A stretch of 64,000 bases of DNA from Candidatus Latescibacterota bacterium (GTDB lineage Bacteria; Latescibacterota; UBA2968; UBA8231), in assembly GCA_965223905.1 (NCBI GenBank), contig CBDCXV010000010.1, forward strand, positions 1,120,001-1,184,000, written 5' to 3'. The notes beneath the pieces are model-generated. The model worked only from the letters and a program-made list of their open reading frames with translations. It had not been told where the DNA came from and searched no databases. Shown in pieces: positions 1 through 8,979 of this stretch. Position 1 is the first letter of the stretch, and each line of letters starts with the position of its first letter. The position numbers and the translations under genes are program-made.

Positions 1-1
1 T

Positions 2-205
2 CGCTTTGAGAACACGGGGACCAATGCCGAACCGCTCTTCAAGCTCCCACGGGAGATGAGGTTCGGTGACGATATCCTGAAGCGCGGGATGGGACATGCC
101 GTGAACCCCAGCTTTACCAACTGGTTTGGCCGCGAAAAAAACGACATGCTGCTGGGAACGGAGGACGGGCGAGTTTACCTCTACAGGCGGGAGCTTCTGT
201 CGTAA
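2..205 (+). CDS. C-terminal fragment of an FG-GAP/VCBS-repeat (beta-propeller) protein, 5'-truncated by the window edge
   Basis: Frame from nt 2 reads RFENTGTNAEPLFK...NDMLLGTEDGRVYLYRRELLS* (TAA 203-205). ENTGT and DxLxGxxDGxVY are FG-GAP-type motifs. Not in the ORF track. Confidence 0.6.
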   Translation, partial: RFENTGTNAEPLFKLPREMRFGDDILKRGMGHAVNPSFTNWFGREKNDMLLGTEDGRVYLYRRELLS

Positions 206-255
206 CTACTCGGACAACCAGTCGGTGAACTCCCTGCTGCCGGCGCGACGGGGAG

Positions 256-2994
256 TTATTCTTGAGTTCTTTGTTGCCGTTCATCGAAAAAGCGCCGCAC
301 TTCCTTCGCAGGCAACTGAGAAAGAAGAGTTTTCCTGTAAGCGACTAGCCGGTGCATGATATTTCGCAAGGATGGAGTTGCCGGCAGGTGCTCCAAAGCC
401 ACTTTCCCGTGCTGGATCGCATCGTCCACTTTCTTCAATTCCGTTGCCGATGTTGCATACCTGTCGATCGAGAAATAACGGCCCAACACTTCGGACCACA
501 ACTGGGAGACCCGGCCGTACTTGTCGAACAAGTCGGATTCTTCCTCCTGGAGATTGACGACAAACCGCCGAAAGTCAACAGGCCGGAATGGGAGCGCGTC
601 CAACAGGTTATTGTCTCCCAGTTGGCTGTACTGGTGGAAACCGAACGCGGTGAAGAACTCGAGGATTGGCCGGTCATCGGTGTGCACGGGGACTTCGCCG
701 ACGTAATCCCGCACTCCGTCCTCATCCAACAGCAGGAAGTGCACGAACTGAAACGGATGCGTGATGTTCACGTCCTTCAGGTCCGCACTAATACTCGAAT
801 TGTCAAACCCCTCCCGCAGGCGGTCGAGGTCGATCTCGAGCCGCCCGGGCGTCGCCACGAAGATGGAAAAGGTGGTGAAATCGTGGTTCATCGTCCACAC
901 GCTCGGGTGCTCGAACACATCCGCAAACGTATGTAGCAGGATCTTGAACTCGGCTTCGCTGAGCTGTACATGCGGCGTCCAGGCACAGGCAATTCCCCCG
1001 CTGGCCAGCCGCGATTTCATGAGCACGAAATACTCCCGCGTATACAGATTGCCGTTCTGCTTGTATTGCAGGTTGGTCACGTCCGTCGAGATCACATCGT
1101 AGCGCTCGTCGGTTATGTGTAGATGATTGCGCGCGTCGTTCAGGATCAACCGGAAGCTGGGTTGCCGCAGGGCGTTGGTGTTCTGATGAAAAAACAGGGA
1201 GGCGGCGCGCACCACCTCGGGCTCAATTTCCGCACAGTCCGTTTCAATCTCGTGCAGCGTCATCGACCGCGAGGTCCCGCCGCTTCCAAAACCGACGGTC
1301 AAGGCCCGTTTGGGGTCTGGATGCAGCAGCAGCGGCAGATGGGCGAGCATTTTTGAATCGATCCGGTTGCTGAGCGAGGAGGCGGCCACGGCCTGGTCGT
1401 CGACGTACAGGGTAGTCCAGGAGGACTTGCTTCCGGACCTTGTGGAACGTTTGGCCATGACCGTTCCCGAGCGGCCGGCCTTGTACAGCAACAGCGTGGT
1501 AGCTCTGCTTGAGTCGCTTCGAGCCGGCACAATCCAGTTCCCATCTCGAAAGATTACATGGCTGTTTTTCAAGAAAGGATGGCCGTGGACGCCGTAGATG
1601 ACAGCACCAACTGCTAGCAAGGCGGAACAAGCCACCCAAACGAATCTTCCGCGAATAGGATCGTCTCTTCCGGCCAGCAGTGTGAGGCCAGCCAACAGGC
1701 AACTCGCGCAGCACAAAGACCCCAGGCTGCCAACCAGGCCCAGCAGTGGAATGAGAAAGAAACCCAGAAGCACCACCCCTGACATGGATCCCAGAGTGCC
1801 GATAAAGTAGTACCGGCCACTCTGCTCAGCAGTGGACTCCTTGCGCGGGATCAACACCTGGCAGAGCGCCGGATAGGCCAGGCCCATGAACACGGTCGGC
1901 AAAAAGACCATCGCCAGGGAAAAAGAGGCTTCGACACCCGTTAACATGGCCGGCGTCAGAGCCTCTCGTTTTGCCGGGATATCGATGAAAACTCTTTTCA
2001 TTGCCGGAAACGAGTATACCACAGGTAACGTGGCAAGAATTGTGAGCGCGGTTCCCAGATTGGAGACCACGAATACGGTCAACCCCTTTACCCGTCGCGC
2101 CAGCAACGGAAACAGCAGAATGCTGCCAGTAGAAAAACCCAGCAGGTACGTTGAGAGGAGGAGCGTGAAGGTGATAAGACTGTTGGTGGTGTAGATGGCG
2201 AGGATCCGGAACCAGAGGATTTCGTAACCCAGGGCAAGGGTTCCGGCGAAAAAATAGATGATGACCAGCGTCTTCGGAGACGGAAACGGTTCCATGCCGT
2301 TTTGGCTTTCCCGTGTTCCCGAGCCGGTGGCTTGTACCGCGCTGTCACGGCTCGGCCAGGCGTTGGACAAGGTGATCAACACCACCACACCGTTTACACA
2401 ACCAGCCAAATACAGGCTGGTCTGCACTCCCAATTCGCGGATCAGGACAAAACCCGTGGCCAGGCAGCCCAGCACTGCCCCAATCGTGTTGATGCCGTAT
2501 GCCAGCGCAACTCCGCGTCCGACGCCGCAGCCCTGTTCCACCAGGAGCCGGTTCATGGCCGGAATCGTGGCGCCCATCCCCAGCGTGGCCGGCAGGACGA
2601 CGATGATGGAAAGGACAAACCGGTAAAACAGGGACAGCAGCGGACCGGCCTCACTTCCCTGAAACAAGTGCAGGTAGACCTGGTCCGTTGCCGCCAGTAA
2701 GACGGGTACCGCCAGCGCCCATACTGCTATCCAAAGCTCCACCCAGCCGTAAAAGGCGAGGGTGTTATTGATACGTTTCAGCAATCTGCCGCCGAAGTAG
2801 CTGCCGAATGCGATACCGCAGAAGAATGCGGTCAGAATGGCAGTCGTGGCCGGGGCGCTGGCGCCGAATACCAGTATCATCTTTCGCTGCCACAAGGTCT
2901 CATAAATGAGAGCGCTGCAGCCGGACAGGAAGAACAACAGCACCAGCAATCTGGAAGAGAAGATTTTCCGCGGATCCTTTTTGACTATATCCAT
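256..2994 (-). CDS. Multi-TM membrane domain fused to a spermidine-synthase-like (class I SAM/dcSAM) domain
   Basis: N-terminal half has about 13 hydrophobic segments with the duplicated FFLSGxSALIYE/FFAGTLALGYE motif. C-terminal half has ALTVGFGSGGT, AEIEPEV, NDAR, YDVISTD, LYTREYF and TDDRPILEF. Confidence 0.85.
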   Translation of the reverse strand: MDIVKKDPRKIFSSRLLVLLFFLSGCSALIYETLWQRKMILVFGASAPATTAILTAFFCGIAFGSYFGGRLLKRINNTLAFYGWVELWIAVWALAVPVLLAATDQVYLHLFQGSEAGPLLSLFYRFVLSIIVVLPATLGMGATIPAMNRLLVEQGCGVGRGVALAYGINTIGAVLGCLATGFVLIRELGVQTSLYLAGCVNGVVVLITLSNAWPSRDSAVQATGSGTRESQNGMEPFPSPKTLVIIYFFAGTLALGYEILWFRILAIYTTNSLITFTLLLSTYLLGFSTGSILLFPLLARRVKGLTVFVVSNLGTALTILATLPVVYSFPAMKRVFIDIPAKREALTPAMLTGVEASFSLAMVFLPTVFMGLAYPALCQVLIPRKESTAEQSGRYYFIGTLGSMSGVVLLGFFLIPLLGLVGSLGSLCCASCLLAGLTLLAGRDDPIRGRFVWVACSALLAVGAVIYGVHGHPFLKNSHVIFRDGNWIVPARSDSSRATTLLLYKAGRSGTVMAKRSTRSGSKSSWTTLYVDDQAVAASSLSNRIDSKMLAHLPLLLHPDPKRALTVGFGSGGTSRSMTLHEIETDCAEIEPEVVRAASLFFHQNTNALRQPSFRLILNDARNHLHITDERYDVISTDVTNLQYKQNGNLYTREYFVLMKSRLASGGIACAWTPHVQLSEAEFKILLHTFADVFEHPSVWTMNHDFTTFSIFVATPGRLEIDLDRLREGFDNSSISADLKDVNITHPFQFVHFLLLDEDGVRDYVGEVPVHTDDRPILEFFTAFGFHQYSQLGDNNLLDALPFRPVDFRRFVVNLQEEESDLFDKYGRVSQLWSEVLGRYFSIDRYATSATELKKVDDAIQHGKVALEHLPATPSLRNIMHRLVAYRKTLLSQLPAKEVRRFFDERQQRTQE

Positions 2995-3026
2995 GCTATT
3001 GGGACATATCGCCTGAGCTTACGAAA

Positions 3027-5213
3027 TCAATATACCACGGAGAGAGTGCCGATTTGCGCGTCGTCCGTGGCGGCGTCCAGCGCCAGTCGGTACACGTAGG
3101 TCCCGGGGGCGACGAGCCGTCCGGAGCGGTCCCGACCGTCCCACCTGAAATCATCCTGACCGCTTCTGGACAGATTGGGTGGGAGCTCTCTGATCCGCGT
3201 GCCGGCGAGGTCGAAGATCACCAGCGATATCGGGCGGTCCACCGTTACGTCGCGCAGCCCGTACGAAATGTTGGCCGTGTCATTGATGCCATCTCCGTTC
3301 GGCGTGAAGGGATTGGGGAACACACCGATCCCCACCAACAGGTCGCCACCCACGGGGGTCGTCACGCTCAGGGTGTTGCTGGAAAACCGGTAGGTCGCAT
3401 CTCCCGGTTCGACCTGCTGTTTGACCTGGGCAGGATTGCCACTGTTGTACACCCATCCTCTGAATTCGGTGCCGAAGCGCAGCACCGCAATGTTGAAGCC
3501 GACCTCGATCCGCTTGGCACTGTCTCCTTTCCCCTTGAGCCGGGGAAAATGGATGACGATCCGGTCATTCAGTATGTCTGGCGGGTAACCCGTCGTGGCG
3601 TCAGGGTCCGTGTAGGCTCCCAGGTCTACCGCCACACCGTCCACCTCAACCGAGCGAACCGTGTCGACGCGCGCATGAGTGAGGATTTCCAGGCGATCGA
3701 AGCCCAGATTCTCATCCAAAAAAGTGGGACGCACGACGTAGGAGAAAGTCGTCGGTGAGAAGGAGTCCACCTCGGAGGGCCAGATCTCACCCGTGATCTT
3801 CTCCGCTGCGAAATCCGGCGATAGCTGTAGCGTTAGTTCATCGAGCCGCGGCGCGGCGTTGGCCGTAGCGAAGAGCTCGATCTCGATCTGCATGTACCGG
3901 CTCGACCCCAGAGAGAGAAGAGGCGTGCCGTCTGTCCAGTCTTCGGGGGCCTGGGTGCGGTCGCGCAGACCCGCCTCGAACTCATAGGGCGGCGACCACG
4001 AGCCCCAGTTGTCAATATCCTCGACCCGGACAGCTTCGGCTTGCATGACATTGGCAGTCCCTTCCCCCGACCCAAAAGACGATGTAGCGGTAATTTGGTC
4101 GTATTCCTTCTTGGAGACAGGGACGGGGTTGTCGTTTGGGTCTGATTTGAAATACAGTCTTGGATCCGGCGTGTTCCCCGCACGGGTGCGGATCTGCACC
4201 CGCGTTCCTTTCGGCATGTCGCCACTCCAGCGAATCTTGCCCCAATTGACCTTGGTCCCGAAGTCCACGATGCGGGATAGGAAGGCGGTTTCTCTGACAA
4301 ATCCCTCGCCGTACACCTCGAACTCGGCGATCTCCCAACCGCGTTGGGTGAGTACCCTCAACGTGAGAAAGCGGATGGACTGGGTCGGGAAGCGCAGGTC
4401 CACGACCACATCCTCGCCTTCCGTCTCGAGGCGCAGCACTGTTGGCAGGAAGGCCTTGTGGCTGTATGTCCAGATTCTCTCAGGATTCGGCTCGCAGGGG
4501 CCGCTGCGCTTCAGGGGATACGAGCTGTCGGCGACGCGGATTTCGTATTGGTCTACGAAATTGTCGGCAAAGCTCACCTTGCCGAAGGCCTCCTCTGGTG
4601 GTTTGGGATCCGCCAAACTCCGGATATACAGAAGACCGTCCTCGCTGCCGAGACGGGGATAGAAGCGGATGCGGTTGATCGGCAGATCTGCGCCCAGATC
4701 GATGACGGTCGGTGCCCCGTTCAGGTCGAAGCCGGCTGCCTGGGGATTGAGGAAAAACGCAGTCGCCGGATCTCCGTCGAACATCGGCTTGACCAACTTC
4801 CGGAACCCGTATTCGCGGCCGCAGTCTCGCGAAAACCAGACGTCCCCTCCAGTAAACGGCAGGGGAATCGTGTTTTCGGATGACTGGGGATCGGCCAGCG
4901 TCAGGTTGACCGTTGGGTCTAGAAACCGCGGTCTAAGGAAGCGGATTTTGCGGCCGCCGATGGTGGTGTCCGCGAAATCGACCATCGACTCCTCGCCGCC
5001 ACCGTATGGCGTGGTGATCACCGGAACCGCCCCCTCCAGATTCCCCTGTGCATCGAAGAGCTGGTACACCCCGGCATCCTCGGACAGGGCGACCTGCCAG
5101 GGGTTGCCATCCTCACCCCCAAGTCGGTACTCCGTTCCACCCGGCGCATCGGAGGCGCTCAGCAACAGACCGCCCAACCACAGCGCTGAGGATCGTCTGA
5201 TAAGCCGAGTCAT
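3027..5213 (-). CDS. Secreted protein with discoidin-like domain and C-terminal CHU_C/FlgD-Ig hybrid domain (paralogue 1)
   Basis: Signal-like MTRLIRRSSALWLGGLLLSAS after AGGAGG (alternative start 5282). IDLG..INRIRFYPR...EIAEFEVYG; C-terminus PNPFTPNGDGINDT...IFDLAG...WDGRD..G..VAPGTY...LSVVY. Confidence 0.8.
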   Translation of the reverse strand: MTRLIRRSSALWLGGLLLSASDAPGGTEYRLGGEDGNPWQVALSEDAGVYQLFDAQGNLEGAVPVITTPYGGGEESMVDFADTTIGGRKIRFLRPRFLDPTVNLTLADPQSSENTIPLPFTGGDVWFSRDCGREYGFRKLVKPMFDGDPATAFFLNPQAAGFDLNGAPTVIDLGADLPINRIRFYPRLGSEDGLLYIRSLADPKPPEEAFGKVSFADNFVDQYEIRVADSSYPLKRSGPCEPNPERIWTYSHKAFLPTVLRLETEGEDVVVDLRFPTQSIRFLTLRVLTQRGWEIAEFEVYGEGFVRETAFLSRIVDFGTKVNWGKIRWSGDMPKGTRVQIRTRAGNTPDPRLYFKSDPNDNPVPVSKKEYDQITATSSFGSGEGTANVMQAEAVRVEDIDNWGSWSPPYEFEAGLRDRTQAPEDWTDGTPLLSLGSSRYMQIEIELFATANAAPRLDELTLQLSPDFAAEKITGEIWPSEVDSFSPTTFSYVVRPTFLDENLGFDRLEILTHARVDTVRSVEVDGVAVDLGAYTDPDATTGYPPDILNDRIVIHFPRLKGKGDSAKRIEVGFNIAVLRFGTEFRGWVYNSGNPAQVKQQVEPGDATYRFSSNTLSVTTPVGGDLLVGIGVFPNPFTPNGDGINDTANISYGLRDVTVDRPISLVIFDLAGTRIRELPPNLSRSGQDDFRWDGRDRSGRLVAPGTYVYRLALDAATDDAQIGTLSVVY

Positions 5214-5275
5214 AGCTCTCTTTCCCTCCTGATTCCGACCCTTCGGGGCTGTGGCCTTGCACGCCATGACACGCC

Positions 5276-6268
5276 TTACCATTTCAGTACTTGCTCGATC
5301 TGCTTCTGCAGTTCGGTCTGCGCCACGGCGTGGATCTTCCGGGCTCGGTCCGTCCGGGCGAACTCCGCTACGTGACGCCGCGCCGCCCTCTCGTCTCCTG
5401 TCCGTTGGTAGACGTTCGCCAATGCCTGGTACACGTAGGGATCCTCCGGTGTCACCTCGAGGATTCTGCTCAGATGCTCAATGGCGGGGACGTACCGGCC
5501 CTGCCTCATCAGAAGCAACGCCAGACTCCAGCGAGCCCCGAGGTCATTCGGACTGTGCTCTACGGCTGAGCGCAGGTGCTTCTCCGCAAGATCCGTCCTC
5601 TCGGTCCGCCCCAATCGTACGGTCTCGCCGTCACCTTCTTCGAGCCTGATCAGCAGGTCCGCTATGCGGGTGCGGAGTTCCGGTTCTTGGGGGAACTCCT
5701 CCACCAAGGTTTTCCATTCTCCGATGGCGGCTTGCGTGTTGCCCAACCTCTGGTGCAGCCTGGCCAGCCGGTAGCGTACCGAACTCGAGTCCGGGGCCAT
5801 GGTCAGAGCGCGCCCGTAGGCCTCCGTCGCCGGTAACGGCCGGCCCGCCATCTCGTAGGCGTAGCCTAGTTGAGCCCACAGATCCGGCCACTGCGGCCGC
5901 CGGTCGGCGAGATCTTCAAAAACGGCTATGGCCTCGTCGTGGCGCTGCCTCCGGGCATAGGTCCTCGCCAGACGCAACCCGACCGACAGTGAATCCGGTT
6001 GACGAGCGAGAAATCTCCTGTACATCTCGATGGCCTCAGCCTGGTCCTGATCGTCGTACAACCTGGCCAGCCGCAACAAGGCCCCTTCGTGGTCTGCATG
6101 CCCTTCGAGGACCGACCGATACTCGCGGATGGCATGGGCCGTCATTCCTCGTCTTTCGTAGTCCTGACCGAGGCGGTAGTGCTGGCCGCCGTCCCTGAGT
6201 CGAAAAACAGCAGCCAGGCCTATCAGGCCGATCAGAATCGCCAGGACGGCGTAAGAGCGACGACGCAT
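5276..6268 (-). CDS. Tetratricopeptide-repeat protein with N-terminal membrane anchor
   Basis: N-terminal hydrophobic helix, then many LARLY/LARTY/LGYAY...A...Y..AL...P repeats. Confidence 0.85.
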   Translation of the reverse strand: MRRRSYAVLAILIGLIGLAAVFRLRDGGQHYRLGQDYERRGMTAHAIREYRSVLEGHADHEGALLRLARLYDDQDQAEAIEMYRRFLARQPDSLSVGLRLARTYARRQRHDEAIAVFEDLADRRPQWPDLWAQLGYAYEMAGRPLPATEAYGRALTMAPDSSSVRYRLARLHQRLGNTQAAIGEWKTLVEEFPQEPELRTRIADLLIRLEEGDGETVRLGRTERTDLAEKHLRSAVEHSPNDLGARWSLALLLMRQGRYVPAIEHLSRILEVTPEDPYVYQALANVYQRTGDERAARRHVAEFARTDRARKIHAVAQTELQKQIEQVLKW

Positions 6269-8956
6269 CTACTCAAGGCCGGCGAACACGGTGATGAAGC
6301 TCTGAGTAAGCGTCAGCGGAGCCCGCCCCCTCGGATCCCGGCGATCGATCTTCAGACCAAATTGGGTGATGAACTTGTACCCGAGGTAATCGGAGGCATT
6401 GGTGAACTGGCTGGCCGCGGCCACACCGTTGAAATCGTTGTCGTCCCTGATCAGATCATTCAGGAAGGTCAGTTCCAGTCCCGCCTGAAACGTAGTATGG
6501 CTCAACATGGGCAGCGCCAGGATCACGCCGCCGATTTCGGCCAGCTCCTCTCTTTTGTCAGTCGAGGCGAGATCGAGGGTCTGTTTTCGGTATTCGCTTT
6601 TCCAGCGGGGCTCGATCCACAGCCGGCCCAATTCGAAGCGATAGCTGGCTTTGTTGATCACGCCGAAGAAGTAATCGCGCTTGTTCAGATCCAGGACGTC
6701 GCGCTCACTCTGGTTCAGGCGCTGATGATAGAACTCCCATTTGAGAGAATTGACAGTACTCAAGCCGGCGTACTGATAATCGTGGCCGATCCAGAGAGAA
6801 TTCACCCAGGTATCCGGCGCTATCAGAGGATCGATGATTTTCGTCGCCTGCCCCAGGTGGACATCGACGTTTGGCAGAAATTGCAGGAGGTCGTTGGGGA
6901 TATCGTCCTTCACCGATTTCAACATGTCGAATAGCCTGAACCGACCGTAGCGGGGAAGGCTCCGGTCAACGGTGAGGAGAAGGTAGCTGATGTCATTTTT
7001 CTGGTCGGTGGAAATGAGCTCCTCACGCAGTACCCCGGCCATGAGTCGGATGCCCGGGGTCAGATGGGTCCCCCCATACACGTTGTACCCTTCGTGATCC
7101 CTGCGGTACGGAAAGTCCGGCTCCTCGTCGTTCTCGAACCGGTCCACCCAGACGTTGTTGTTGAGGTCGATGCCGAAGAGAAACTCGGGACGATCCACGT
7201 TGTGGCGCAGGAAAGCCTCGTCGTAGTCCGGCGTCAAATCGGGCAGGATGCGGTTGTCGTTCTGGTTGAAGTCCGAGATGAAATCATTGTTCTCGTCCCA
7301 GCCAGGAAAAACCGTGCGGTCACCTGCCGGATGGTCTCTGCGCTCGGTATCCGGATCCCTGTCCTGGTCGTCGTTGTCTTCCACGAATTCCACCGCGAAG
7401 ACGCGTTTATCCTCGTAATCGAAGCGGCCATCCTCGGCAGTGACGAAGGTGCGCGTGTTATAGCGGGGATCCATGCTGTAGGCTTCTCCAAAAACGAACC
7501 AGGGGTAGTCGGCTCGCGAGAGATTCACCATCCAGGCCGGAGCCGATCGCGCCCCTCTGATGCCGGACGAGAAAGAGTGATCCGCCGTGGATTTATTCGG
7601 GTATTTGGTGTAGGAATAACTCACATCGTATTCCCCGTAGAAGTCAAAGCCCTTCACCTGCCCTAGCTCCAGGGATATGCCCCAGATCTGTGTCGCTGTG
7701 GGCAGGCCGTACTCGAACTCCACGATCTGTAGATTGGTGTTGTCCTGAACGTTGCCCTCCGCCTGGGCGACCAGCAGCAGGACGGGCTCGTTGGTTCGAT
7801 TCAGCTGCTTGCTTGAGGTGACCCAGACCTGGTAGTCATTCCCCAGGACGAGTCGAAATGCGACCTTCTTGATTTCTTCCTTCGGCCTGCTGGCCCGGGT
7901 GGCAAAACTCGGGCCGTTGAAGTCGTACCGGAGGCGGATCTCTTCGGTGCCGTCGGCCGACAGGTGCCCCTCCTGTTCGAAACCACCTTCGATGATGGGT
8001 CCGAAGCGGATCCTTTTGCCCTCGTCTACGGTACCGTCCAGGTAGGTGATGATGATGTCCGATCCGGCCTGAAAGAAGGTGGCGCCACCGGCTCTGTCAT
8101 CGGGGGAATCATCCCTCAGCACGATCTCGATGAAATCGATGAATTCGTTCTGGTCAATCGTCAATTCCCCTGTAATAGGGTTGCCGGCAAACCCGGCGAT
8201 CAGCGTGTTGGAGTGGTGCGCATTGACGGACGTGAGCCCCAGTGTGGCAAAGTCTCCGACCTGAGCCGTGACCCGCCCACCGATCAGAGCGGTGGTATTC
8301 GTGACGAGTCGTTCGCCCCCGGTGGCCTCCCCCCCGGGCGAACTGAGCCGTGAGTATATGACCGTGGCCTGATATTTGTCGACAGCGTAGTCGAACTGCA
8401 CTCCGTCCCAAGCGGGTTTGGAGAAGGTCATCGGGGTGAGGGTGGTGCGCAGCTCATTGCCGATCGTCATGGCGTAATAGTGTTGCCCCTTGGTGTCTGT
8501 GGAGAGGAGGAGGCCGCTGAACCAGTTCTGGAAATTGGTTGACTTGAGCACAGAGCTGCCGAACTGCTCGGGCTGCCTCTGAGAATTGTTGAAGATCAGC
8601 CAACCCCGGGTGACGAAATTGCCGTAGAGATCGTAGAAGTAGTCGCCCTCGAGCGCCGAGTCCACGTATCTCTGGTAGGGGCTTCTGGCGTAGTTTGAGT
8701 ATTCCCACTGACGCCACCGGTATTCATTATAAAGCTCTTGGGGGATGTACCATTTCTTCACCGCTGGATCCAGGGCCCCGAACAGGACGCCCGGACCCTG
8801 CGGCTCATACGATAGTTCCCCACCCCGTTTCACCGAACCCAGGCGGGCACCGTAGTCCTGAGCCGATAGCTGCGCGGAGGCCAGCACGAAACTGCCCGTG
8901 ACACATACCAGGAGATGGACATATCTGCTCACGGCACGCCTCCTCTGTTCAACCAA
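6269..8956 (-). CDS. Large exported protein, probable outer-membrane beta-barrel with Asp-rich central region
   Basis: Signal peptide (LLVCVTGSFVLASAQLSAQD). C-terminal ~280 aa has alternating amphipathic beta pattern ending TQSFITVFAGLE. Central DNDDQDRDPD/WDENNDFISD/DLNNNVWVD acidic motifs. Confidence 0.65.
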   Translation of the reverse strand: MVEQRRRAVSRYVHLLVCVTGSFVLASAQLSAQDYGARLGSVKRGGELSYEPQGPGVLFGALDPAVKKWYIPQELYNEYRWRQWEYSNYARSPYQRYVDSALEGDYFYDLYGNFVTRGWLIFNNSQRQPEQFGSSVLKSTNFQNWFSGLLLSTDTKGQHYYAMTIGNELRTTLTPMTFSKPAWDGVQFDYAVDKYQATVIYSRLSSPGGEATGGERLVTNTTALIGGRVTAQVGDFATLGLTSVNAHHSNTLIAGFAGNPITGELTIDQNEFIDFIEIVLRDDSPDDRAGGATFFQAGSDIIITYLDGTVDEGKRIRFGPIIEGGFEQEGHLSADGTEEIRLRYDFNGPSFATRASRPKEEIKKVAFRLVLGNDYQVWVTSSKQLNRTNEPVLLLVAQAEGNVQDNTNLQIVEFEYGLPTATQIWGISLELGQVKGFDFYGEYDVSYSYTKYPNKSTADHSFSSGIRGARSAPAWMVNLSRADYPWFVFGEAYSMDPRYNTRTFVTAEDGRFDYEDKRVFAVEFVEDNDDQDRDPDTERRDHPAGDRTVFPGWDENNDFISDFNQNDNRILPDLTPDYDEAFLRHNVDRPEFLFGIDLNNNVWVDRFENDEEPDFPYRRDHEGYNVYGGTHLTPGIRLMAGVLREELISTDQKNDISYLLLTVDRSLPRYGRFRLFDMLKSVKDDIPNDLLQFLPNVDVHLGQATKIIDPLIAPDTWVNSLWIGHDYQYAGLSTVNSLKWEFYHQRLNQSERDVLDLNKRDYFFGVINKASYRFELGRLWIEPRWKSEYRKQTLDLASTDKREELAEIGGVILALPMLSHTTFQAGLELTFLNDLIRDDNDFNGVAAASQFTNASDYLGYKFITQFGLKIDRRDPRGRAPLTLTQSFITVFAGLE

Positions 8957-8979
8957 CCACGGTCGCCAGTGACCGTCGT

